DNA from: Macrostomum hystrix
Lineage: Eukaryota; Animalia; Platyhelminthes
Assembly (NCBI GenBank): GCA_950097015.1
Contig: CATNEN010000029.1
Coordinates: forward strand, 3,658,001 to 3,722,000
Reading direction: 5' to 3'
DNA: 64,000 nt
Shown here piece after piece: positions 27,001-39,000 of this stretch. Position numbers and translations under genes: made by a program. Every line of letters begins with the position of its first letter. Within the stretch, counting starts at the first letter, position 1. The notes under the pieces are model-generated. The model was given only the letters and a program-made list of their open reading frames with translations. It searched no databases and was not told where the DNA came from.

Positions 27001-30000
27001 GAGGAGCAGAGAGCGGCCCAATGGGGTCGCGAGGCAGCGTCGGACGTCCAGACGAAAATCGGAGCCGCAGAGAGGCGCATCCGACTGCTGGAACTCAAGC
27101 GAAAGAGCGGCAACTCAGATGAGAGGCCCAAGCAGCGGATGACCTCGAACCTCGCTGCTTGCGGTGCCCGAAAGCAATGAGAACTTCGGTGAGTTTCTGA
27201 GTGCAGTCTGCAATGATGTTACCCCGGGTCCAATTCCAAAGTCCCGAGTAGACGGAATTAAACAACAGAAGCACAGGGGGGCTTTGTTCCCCCGTTTGCT
27301 CGTTTTTTCTTCTTGCTCGACATTGCCTCGCCTTTGCCTTCCTTCCTCGGCGCTGTTCACTAAGTATATTGAGCTGTAATAATGAAACTTTTTATTTCCT
27401 GATTTTATCTCAGGTGTCGTTTGATCAGTTTTGTCAGTAGTCGATTATTTATGTTAAAATTCACGGTGACCTAACCGAACTCACACTTCTTGCAGCCATA
27501 GAGCATCCAGCGAATCTCAGCCCTGTTATTGAAGCTATATGCGTAGACTCGGTATGTAATAGCGTGAATTTCTGGCACGAGTCTGTAGCTGGATACCATG
27601 TCACCATTGGTGTACGAGCCAGGGATGTACTGAAATGAATTTGAATGCTTCCTTAGTTAAAACTACCTTCGTGTACAAATATTTGGACTAGTGAAAACGC
27701 CCAGACAACTCACGTGGGTGTATGCAGTGTACGCGAATCTGTCTGAGCTGTAGGTCAGCTGTACATGGTGCATATATGCCACGCATGCGGGACAGTTGTC
27801 GAATCGACTGCTGCCTGCCTGAATGCTGATCACGTACACAGTGACGAAGTCGTCAAACCAGGCCTAAACAAAATAGATTACAAAGCTTTTAACCTCAACA
27901 TCAGGCTTTAAATCGTTCTCACTATTTGGTAACAAAACGCTGGGCATTGCTGACCCAACGGCGCAAGTCAGCCGTAACTTACCTGGATGTAATCCTGATA
28001 ACCCGTATTTCCGCTGATTCCAGATACAGTTGGTGGACTCCAAAACCCCAGGTAGCGCGTGCCTTAAAGTAAGACAGAGATTTATCATTCGTCTTTCACT
28101 ACATTCTTTGTAAGTTTTTCTATGTATTTGTATCTTGGCACCCTTGGGCAGCGTAATCGATATAACTCACTGGGCATGTCATACATCACTCGTGGTCCTG
28201 TGTGCATGCTCTCAGAAACCAACGCGAGATATGACACTGAGGTGAAGTTGATTGAGTCGCTGGCCATGACCACTCCATAGCCAATGTCCTGTCCGTTGCA
28301 CGCGAAGAAGACGGAGCAGTTGTAGGAGTCGCATTCACTCCAGGTGACGGTGAGAGGCAGGTATTCCTCTGTGTCAGCAGCCACTGGTTTCAGCTGTCTC
28401 AGGCTGATGCTGCCTACAGCTCTCAGGTTGGATCCGTAGAAGTCGCCCTGGCGAATGGCAGCAGCTGCGAGCCACAGCGCTGTCCCGTTGGCGTTGAGAT
28501 TGAACTCGTAGCGTTTCTGTTTTTCGAGGAAAGCAATTCCGAGCATGAAGAAATCCAGTTGGCATGTACGCATTGAATAAAATAAATAAATAAAGACACA
28601 ATAGTCTCACTTGTCTCATTATATCAGACTCGGCATAGTAAGCAGAAAACAGAAGCTGCAGTCCTGCGCTATTCAGTCGAACATAGAACGTGAGGTTTCC
28701 TGTCTGGATGGCAGTCGCAACCAGAGACTTTGGCAGTCGATAGATCTTAGCTAGATCAGCCTCTGTGCCCATCTCTTTCACTGGAACGAATTATTTAGAT
28801 GGACATAAGGCGCGTGAAAACTATTTTCAACAATTCATAGTTCTTTTCGCAGCTACCTTCATCTCCCATGACATTGATATAGTTGATGTCCATTCGTGCA
28901 CCTCCAACGTTATTGACTGGGCTCACAAGCACCAAATATCGAGCTGTCTGAGGCGTGTTACAGGTTATGAAGGTCGTTGCAGAAGAAAGTGCTTCCGCAA
29001 AGTTCCAGTTGTAGCAAGTGTCCCAGCTCTCAAAAGCCAAGTCTCCGAGGCTTCGGTTCCATGAATTGCTGGTTCTGAAGCTCACATTATAAAGATTTCT
29101 CACTAAAAAAGAAAATTTAACGGAAATTCGGGTTTCAGATGCGTGTGTCAGCCAAGTTCACGCCGAAATAAAAAATAAATACTCACGTGGATCAACGCGC
29201 ATTGAATAAAATCGATATTGAAGCTTGAGATCAAGGAGCAGCCACCAGTTGTTCGGTGGTGTGGCCACAGAAACGGCGCCCGTGTTCACATAGAATCCAT
29301 GATTAGTGTTCATGCTGTATGCCTGCTTAATGCCGACGAAGTACAGCACCTTGTCTGTCAGAATGTTCCCGATGAAGTTGTTGCCCGCCGGCGGGTGGTA
29401 GTATTGGCCTGAAGGAAAATCACGACATAGAAAGAATCACAGAGGATAAAACAATCAGTGTGAATTGCGTCCACCCTCTTAATGAAGTAGGAATCAGTAT
29501 CTTACTGCAGTAGGCCTTCTGTAGGTCAAAGCAATCCCTCTGATAGCCTCCTTGATCGTAGCAGGTTGAGTAGCGGCCAGTTGTATCTGTTAAACAGGGT
29601 CCGACTTCGAGGTTCAAATACATTGAATTGCTACATGCAGGGATTGAAAGCACTGAAACTCGTGTCAAGTAAAGCTCACATTCGAGGCACGAGTTGTTGT
29701 AGTCCTTGTAGGTGCTTAAATACGTGGCCCAGTTGGCACATGCATATCCCTGCTCAGTGACTGACCATGGACTGTCATAGAACTGATAGTCAGCTCTGCT
29801 CAGTGCACACTGTACATGGTCTGAAAGCGGTGTAATCACGCCGTTCTATTAGCTCGGATTGCATCATGGCACTGCACATGTAATGATATTGACTTATTTC
29901 ACATGTCAGAGTCAAAAACATAAGCTGAGCTTAAAAATCTACATTTTTCACCGCCTAAAGCGTTTTGACCCCGGCGAGACACAAACCAGAGAAGAAGCTA

Positions 30001-33000
30001 AGAAACGAGAGACAGAGACTAATCACACGAACCAAAGAAAGGTATGAAAAATATGGCCCGCCTGTTTCATCGCCAGAACAGCTTCAGAATGAAACTATCC
30101 CACATTTAAGATTGCGAAAAAGGGAGGCACTCAAACAATCAAGGCTGAGAACGACGGCACGATGCCAAGGACGAGAGCTGAATAAATGCGTTTATAATAT
30201 CATCATAATAAAGTCATATCTGAAGTAAAAAATATCATTCATCACATGCGAACGAATGTGACAAATTCAGAAGTTTTTTTTCGGTGCTGACCTGCCGTTT
30301 TAACACAAATGCTATGTAAATTAGCGGACGGTAATCCAAAATGACATGATCTGTACTCCACCCTACACATCTGACGTATAGCTTGATATGAATAAAAATA
30401 TTACTGCTTTTATATTTCTAAGCAATGAATTAGCATTCTAACATTCTAAATGACCTCAATTGAGTGTTGCTTACTCTTATATAATGAATTTAGTACAGGT
30501 TAAAGAAAAATCACTAGCAGTAAAAAGCGAGAGCATTTGTTACATTAAATATGTTGGTGTTTTCTGACCTTCTCTTGACATCACAGAGCCCAGAAATGCC
30601 TTTTCAGGACCTCTTCTTGAGTTAGAAGTGGACGCATTGATGAAAACTCCTAATACGCCTTGTTCTGGGTACAGCAGTGGCTCGAGGCAACCTGAATTAA
30701 GAAAATTTGTTTCAAGTTCAAACCATAGTTACATTTAAAGGATGTCATTCTCAGATACCTCTGAGAGCTCTTACCATTGTCGACCTGAGTTCTCTGGAAC
30801 ACAGAATACTTAGTTGTCCCGCTTTGAACGCTCTCGGTACCGATCGAAACAGCAAAATTGTTAACATTTGCGGCATTCCAAACGTCATAAAGTGCAGGAA
30901 TATATTTGAAAGAGTCATCCAATGCCCACAGGCTGAGCAGCTCATGCATGGGTCCCTGGGTGTATTGTAGGTTATCGTCTTCTGACCCGACTCCATTGAA
31001 GTAGAATGTATTAATCACGACAGTCTGCGGACGATCGGCCCCTGAAATGACACGTGGCTAATAAAAAAATCCTAGGGTTGGGATATTGACTCAAACAATA
31101 GTTGATAGAGTTGTGGTGGCTAGACCAGGACGCAGCCCGCTAGCGCCAGTATGGGTCCACTGACAGCAACCGGGCCCTGTCAGTACTTGTTAGACTGCCC
31201 CTTTTGTACGACCTACGATAGACAGAAAAGAAGCTTTTACTTCTTGTCATCCCTATCTCATCGCCCAGACCCCATTATATCTAAACTGATACGGGACCAG
31301 GAATACAGCGAAGTAGGTGTTGCAACAAAAATGAGTAGTAGTGTGATACGAAACTGTTCTCTAAACTCAAAGACAAAGTCAATTAAAATTAAAATGGAAA
31401 ACTTTCAATGTGATTTCTTAGAACACGGAAGACAGAGGGTGCGAAATTCTGAAAATCTCAGCCATTTCTACCATTTCTACTACAGTTTTAAGAGAGATTT
31501 CTGCCTTGAAGAATATCTAATAAGTGTTTCAAACCCGGATCACAGGTGCATACTGTCAAATTTTTGTCGAGGAAATTCATAGAGAAATACAGAGTAGCAG
31601 CTTAAAATTTTCTTTGGGTTTTTTACTTACAAATTTTCTTAGGAATTTGACACAGTGGGAAAAGTGACTCGGTGCAGTCGCTCTTGTACAGCCCATTATA
31701 GTCTGTTGACAGGTACGCGCACGGGCTGCTCTGGGGCTGGCCCATGTAGAATGCTCCCTGCTCAATCTCGTCTCCATCCAGCCAGAACCAGCGGCCAGTT
31801 GAGGCATTTCTGTACGCACCAACGTGGAACTGCATGTTTCTGGAACAGTCATCGAAAATAGGTCAATCGGAGAATTACGCTCGTATGAAAAACTCTTCGC
31901 TGTCCAAATCGATTTGTGTTGTTTATAACTATACTCTTTATAGTTAAGTATACATATAATAATGCAAGATTCACGTTGCGTACTTCTCTTTTTGAAAAAA
32001 ATGCTGCACAGGAATGTTGTGATAAAAAAGACAAATTTATTTTAAAAAATCCAAGTTTTTTTTCCGAAGTTCTCGGTACTATGAAACGAATGGTCACTTA
32101 GTAAGTTGCCACAATGTCCAACAAGAAACAGTTTTAGAAGGCGAGCTCTTTCTTCTGACCTACCTCATGTGGCCGAAGTTGCGCAACACGGCAGTCTTGG
32201 GCATGAACAGCGTGCCGTTGCGACCGTTCCAGTTGCGGCTCTGGCAGTACTGCAGCGAGGTGTTCCAGTCCAGGGCGGATGGAACGATCCTCAGGCAGAT
32301 GTTGTAGAGCGGGCGCCATCCCCCGGGACACTCGTCTAAAAGCAACCAGAAATTAAATCATATTATTAATTTCTAGAGGGCTGCAGACATTGGCACACCA
32401 TTTGGTGAAGTTGACCCGCAGCCAGCGAGGAGGCTATTCTGCCCATTTCGCTGACTCCTGAGCATACACGCCTACTTTCGCATCTTCAGATAGTGTACAC
32501 TCCTTAGAAGTGTCCTCACTATGCCTCTCTCCGCAGCTGAGCCCTAAATGAATGTGGCGTCGCCGCGTAATCGAGCTCAGGGACCTTAGTGCGAGAGTCA
32601 AACGCGTTCACCGCTCTGCCACTCACTCCCTCATTTCAGCGCTAAGAACCAGTCAGCTTGCTTATACTTCATGTAATAAATGCTGTAACGAATAATATAT
32701 ATATAATATATATAATATATATAATATATATATAATGTGTTGTTCAACGAATCCGTACCATTGTTCTGAATGCCGCGCAAATTTACGACATCCGCTGTGT
32801 TTATTGTGGCATTGGCTCCAAAGTGAAGCTCAACGGAAGTCGGCATTATAACTACCGGTATCAGGAAGTCTTCAGCTGAGTTGTAACTGGAGAACTGCAG
32901 AACAAGTGTTATGATTTGGATTTTTTTAATGAAAATGTAGTTTTAGAGACCGAGATTCTAGTTCTAAAAGATTTCTAAGAGCTGGTCTCAATACTGCGTT

Positions 33001-36000
33001 CACCATGCAATAACATTTAAGAATTGGTGTCTACTAGTAAATTGTAAAATGTACATTATTATGGGATGCTTTTGTGCAGACAGAAAGACGAGATGAACTT
33101 ACGTTGTACAATTGATCGTACCAGGGTGTCCGCAACTGCCTGTTCGTTCCGTTTTCGGTGACCCGGTAAGTCATGTAGAAGCCATCAGTCGGGTTCAAGT
33201 TGGCGACTCTGATGGATGTCAAGTAGAAGATTTCCCTGAATGCAACGCGTATTATCTGCTCTTCATCAGTTGTCAGCTTCTCGATTGTGTATCTGCTTGA
33301 CGAAATTATGCTGCGCACTGAAAGTTTTCATTTTTATTGAAGTAAGTGTTTATTTTCAAAGTCGTCATGGCTGTAAGAGCAGAAGACTGCCTGTAAAATC
33401 TCACATGTTGCAGTTGGATATCCTAGGATTTCAACCTTCCAACTCAAGGCCCAACTGTTGGCGGTCATGACTATTTCGAGCAGCTGGGTAATTGATTGGA
33501 CTCGGAAGAAAGTTGATGGATGGCACCGTGTTCGTCAAGCGAACTGCTTGGAAAATTATCTGAAAAAGCACAACGCAATTCCTACATGTTATGGTAAAAA
33601 GCCATCGCTAAGCAGTTTCAGGTGTAAGTCAATCAATTACGTTATTGTTTGCTTGGTCGTTAAGGTCTTGCATCCTTCTGAAGTCATTGTATAAAGAATA
33701 GCGCAGTCTGTAACTGTTCACGTTTCCTCGAAGGCCCGTTGAGCGCTTGCCGCTGCCCTGAACAATCGTGCCGGTGACGGTCATGTTAATCGGGAAGTAG
33801 AATCTGACGTACGATGTGGTGGTGCCGAGTGTCTGAAAACGAAGAGCGCTCTCCACGAACGGAGTCTCGACCGCCGAGAGGGGCAGAGAGAAGAGGCCGC
33901 CCAGATTCTGTGAGGCCCCGGCTACCATCCACTCGAAGTGGACGTACTCACCCAGGCCCATCGGCACCTGGGCCAGGATATTTAGCTGCGGGTCCGCTGA
34001 AGAAAATAAATTTTAAGGAATGGTTCTGTGAAAACTCAAACATCAACTTACATGTAATCCACGGATCAGAGAACGAAAGACGAAGAGAAAGAGTTTAATA
34101 TTCTCTCACAGTGCTGGGTCCCAAACACTTCGATTTCAGCGATGCTCAGGTATTCAGAAACTCCGTCGTCTTTGCGAACTGTCAGATACCTCGCCGTCTG
34201 AAGGCAATCGGGTGAAATTTATTAAGTTGCTAGATTTTACAGAAATACTTATCTTCTGTCTGCAATCAATTTACTTACTTTAGCGCATGGAAACATCAGG
34301 TAGTCAATGTTTTTCAGATCATGTGGCTTTTGATAAGTGTTGCCCTGCTGGTAGCACAGGTCAGCAGCAGCAAATGTCGGGGTACCGCTCATAGTAGTCA
34401 TTTGGGCAAAGTAGCCAGTATTTCTGATTGTATAAATGTCTGAAATCGGTCCAAAGTTCAGAATAAGAATCTGTTCTCGGAAAAATTGTATTTTTATGCC
34501 TTTGGATTTGGACTTCTTTTCGTGCTTTCTGCCGTGAAAAATCAAATATTTCACTTCAAATAACGAAAAGGCTTGATCATCTTATACAACTCACTTCACA
34601 TTGCGCGCTACCCTTATTCCTGCCTTTCTCAATTCGTCATGTAAAAAGACTAAAAAATCTGAGCCTTGCAATTCAAGCTCATTAGGAGCGATTATATGAA
34701 CTCGTATAATCTTAATCTACTATTTTTAACCACCCTCTCGCTCTCCCTACTTTCTACAACAAATCAAGTCCATTGACTCGAACAAAAATTCGGCTAAGCG
34801 TAATAAAAAAGTGTTTTTCTCAAATATCAGGTAATTAGTTTTTTTTACTTTTATTTCGCATATTCTGAAAAATATTCTAGAATTTGTGTTCGAAATAGAA
34901 ATAAATTGTAATGCTCTTACGCTCATCCCCAGCGTTTCGTGTGTAGACAACAACATAAGAGAAGTTCCTGGGAACCATCATGTCCACATAGGCCCACCTC
35001 AGTAAACTTGTTGATGAGACGATGAATAATGAATAGGTGTTGCCGTAGGTGTTCGTCAAACCATCCGTAGCCCGGTAACCCGGGTAGGTGCTGCTGTACA
35101 GAGAGGAGAGCTGCACCGGCTGGTATCGGGAGATCAGCCAGGGGAAAGTGGGACCGCCGTTGATGTCTGGAAATGATTGGAAAATGGTATACTTAAGCTT
35201 TCTATTCTAATGCTCATATATCATACGAGCGTATGATGGAGTAAAGCAGCAAATATTTAAAAGCCATCAGATGATCAATTACAACATGGAATTATTTTTT
35301 GTCACTTGAACAACTAAATATTGAGAAAAAACTTTGCCGTGAAGTTTTTGACTCTTATTGATCTTCTTTATGAATTAAATGAAATGGAATAAACTTGGAT
35401 ACAGAATAACAAAAATACTTTTGTTATTAAATACTAAATACTAAACTCAAGCATTTTAACAGGAATAAGTGTTCATTGCTGTTTATTAGTGTTCATAGTA
35501 TTTCATGATGAAGCAGAGTTTTATCAACAAATTACCCTCAGCAATTTTTCCATAGAGCATAAATTTCAGCTGAAAGTTGTAGTTGTATGAGTACTCCACG
35601 TGCCGCATTCCAAGCAGCAGCTTTGGTGGCTTCATTGAGATAAAATTGGAGTACCGATTACTGACGCTAACGAACATTGCAGTATGATATCCGTTAGTGC
35701 TTAAGTCCAGTGGCTGCCAGGTGATGAGATCGGCAGACCACAGTCTGTCAGTATAAACTGCTCCCATGTTAATGTCAGCTGAATCGGAACCCCTGCTGTA
35801 GCCGGCATAATAAATCCAGACCAATGAAGAAAACGCGACCTGCAGAATTGCATTCGTTCATCTGTATGTGGCGGTCAGAGAGAGAGGAAAAATATGAGAA
35901 CTGCCTACCTGATGCCAGTCCTGATTGTCTCCGTAGAAGAAAGTAGGCTGCCAAAATCCAGCGTTGATAGAATCTGGAAATTAATCATTTTCATTTAATT

Positions 36001-39000
36001 TTTACTGACCTGAGGTGACAATGCAAGAGATCGAATCACAGGCACTCACTCGGAACGCCTGGGAACTGTACCACCACACCGTTGTACTCGGTGTCGCCCG
36101 GCTTCTTGGAGAATCCGGCAGACTTTATCGTGAAATTCACGGATTTGTTTGGGTCCGAAAACACGCCGACCAGAGTCGAATCGATGTAGACCTCGATAGT
36201 CAGATTCTCATCAGCAGTGCTGTTGTACTGAAACCTGAATGACAAATCGTGGAAGTCGAATACGTTCTGCCTTCCCATCTGAGCGAGGGTGTTCGTCTTG
36301 TTGAGATAGAAAACTGCATTCAGAGGAATCTCGCTAGAGCTGATGGCCTTGTTCAGCACCCAGCCATTTGAGATCCACAGAACATTCGCCGCAGAGTCAC
36401 CGGTCAGCCGAAACCGGATGCGCTGTAAGAACAATATTTAACAAAGGTATTTTATTACGGCAAATTCGATTCAGATTAGAAAAGCTGCTGCAAATACCTG
36501 ATCGAGCATTGTCCTGTACGCAGTCCCAGCTGTGAGGAAGAAGTCAGCGTGCGTGTCGCGTATCAGTGTGGAGAAAGTGACGTTTCTGTTTAACTGCAAG
36601 TCACTCTCCATTGACTTTGGAATCTGATTGATGAATGAGCTTCCCGGGATGAAGTTCACATCGTACACTGTAGATTTTCAATGAAAGCGATTTCATTTCA
36701 AGCCATTTATTTGATAAAAGGCAATGAAATAATTAAAAATAACTGCTGAAAATATTAGTGAAATAAAAAAATGAATGCTTACAGTGGTCCCCGTAAATTT
36801 TCACATGATCAACAGTGTGAAAGCCACAGCTTTTCCTTCTCGTTAGGACCACATATCTGCTGATTGTCCCTGGTGGGCAGTAGAAAAACAGATGCGAATC
36901 GCTTGGGTCAGCCCTCTCTTGCACTCCACAAGATGTCCAACCATCAAAGGCCGCCTCATCTAAACTCGAGTTCCATGTATTGGAGACTCCGGTCCAGATG
37001 CATTTCATTTGACTCGCTGCAACACGAAAAATATTTTGGCCTCCATAACTGCTACTTAGTTATAAGAGATTTACTTGCGCATATTGAAACAATAATACTT
37101 ACCTGTCGCTGTAAAAGGAATAATTAAGGTAACTAACGTCGGAGTCTTAAGGTCGATCAGGAGGTAGTAGATGTTTTCAGCAGTCACAGTGGACTGGTAT
37201 GTGCTTGTCGAGACAGCACTGAAGCCACTGTACACGAATGTATATGGTATCTTAACCTTCTTGTTCATAAAAAACTCCGCGAACATGCTCTGCATTCCTC
37301 TGCCACTGTAAAAGTCCATGTCGGCGTAAGTTCGCGTCGCTAAAATGCAAAACAGATTATTATTGCACCTAAAGTACAAGCCCAAGCATTTAATATTAGA
37401 TTTTCCGGCATTTGCATTTGCAAAAGACATAGATAACTTTCGACTTACAGCAGTCTGGAACCTCGCAAGCTATCCTGCTCACTGCACTGTTTACACAGGT
37501 AATTGACGTGCCCGCTGAAGTGTCATGTTAGAAAAACAGTTCGTGTTGTGTTATGATTTTATGGTCGTGAGTTTCAGGATTTGAAAGAAGCCGATATGCA
37601 TAGAATGTCATCTTACATGTTCGACATTTGCTTGTCGTTGCGGGCCAGGCACTGTATGGGATGCAAGCCTCACCGTTCTGATTCACGTCTAGATCACCAT
37701 AGTACTCACGGTACCACTTGCAGACTCTGTGGCCTGCGAAGTTAAAGAAACGCTTTTGTGTCTTGATCTCTACTTTCGTAAAGTACCAGTAGTATATTTC
37801 AGTGATATAAAAATTACTCACTTCCAGTCCGAAATATATTGTTGATAAGAACATACTCTGGTCTTGCATAGTTCACGAATGTCGAAGCACTGAAGCTGAC
37901 ATTCAATTTTCCAGGAATTCCAAATAGTAGCGGAATGCGCTCGTCCTCTTCTGTGGAAGTTTAAAATTTATTTTCTGAGAATGCATTTACTGTTCAGTAC
38001 AAACACGATTCGTGTCCCTCTCAACACGCGTCTTATATGTATTTAACTAATCTTTCGTTAAGAAAACGTCAATTTTATCGGCTAGAGGTTTAGTACGAGC
38101 GCAATTTGCTGAATTGTTCAATTGCTTCATTCGTCTCTTTAACTATAGTAATTAATAGGTTATTTGGCATCTGATCCTATGTCATCGACAAAGTATCACT
38201 TGCCAAGTATTTTTCCAATACGAGCTCATACTCGCACTTTCTTACCATTTACCTATAGTTATAAGGCTACAACAGGTAGATATCGATAGTCAGTGCGCTA
38301 CATGTAGTTAGATATTGCAAAAAATCAATAAGTGTGACAGTTCATTTAACGCGAATCGTAGGCTAAGATAATTGGATAGTGTAGGTTTTCACTTCAAGCA
38401 AACCAAAGTTAACTAAAAATCTAACCATTAAAAATGCATTCACTCGGTAGTGTTATTGCTTACTCATACAGACGTATTCTAAAGATCGCCAAGAACCCCC
38501 ATAGGAGGTGAAAGGAAAAGCTGAGCCGCTAGTTCTCCAGTAGTAGTAGTAATCCCGGGTTATTGAGTCGCATCCGTCGATCTGAAAGTGGTTTTATGAT
38601 ATTTTATTTGAAGGAAGGGTGAACAAATCATTTGTTGCGAAACATCCTCACTGATTCCATATAACCAAAATATTCAGTTATTGAATTACCTGGCTATTTT
38701 CTATTCACTTTGTTTGGTTAAAACTCAAGCTAAATACGTATAAAACGCAGCTTAGCTTAAATACGCATTGACTAATATATATTTTCGGAGCCAAATAGCC
38801 AGTAATAGCGTTAATTATTAAGTTTCTTGGCGAAACGATAAATTTGGAAACTTACACCACAATATGTCAATCCATACACATCACTGTAGCTGTTCTGGTT
38901 CTGCAGAGGAAAGAAATAATAGAGTGTGAAGTAGGTGTTGACGCCTGTTGACTGTAGACTGCGATCGTCATCTCCCGGAATATCGATGTTTATCGAAGTT

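Noticed and set aside
29965-30228. Plus-strand basic ORF MTPARHKPEKKLRNERQR..
   Set aside because: Short, compositionally biased and with no recognisable domain.
30292-30350. Candidate 59-nt exon (DHVILDYRPLIYIAFVLKRQ)
   Set aside because: It is phase 1-0 and would break the frame. The flanking exons already join in phase 1.
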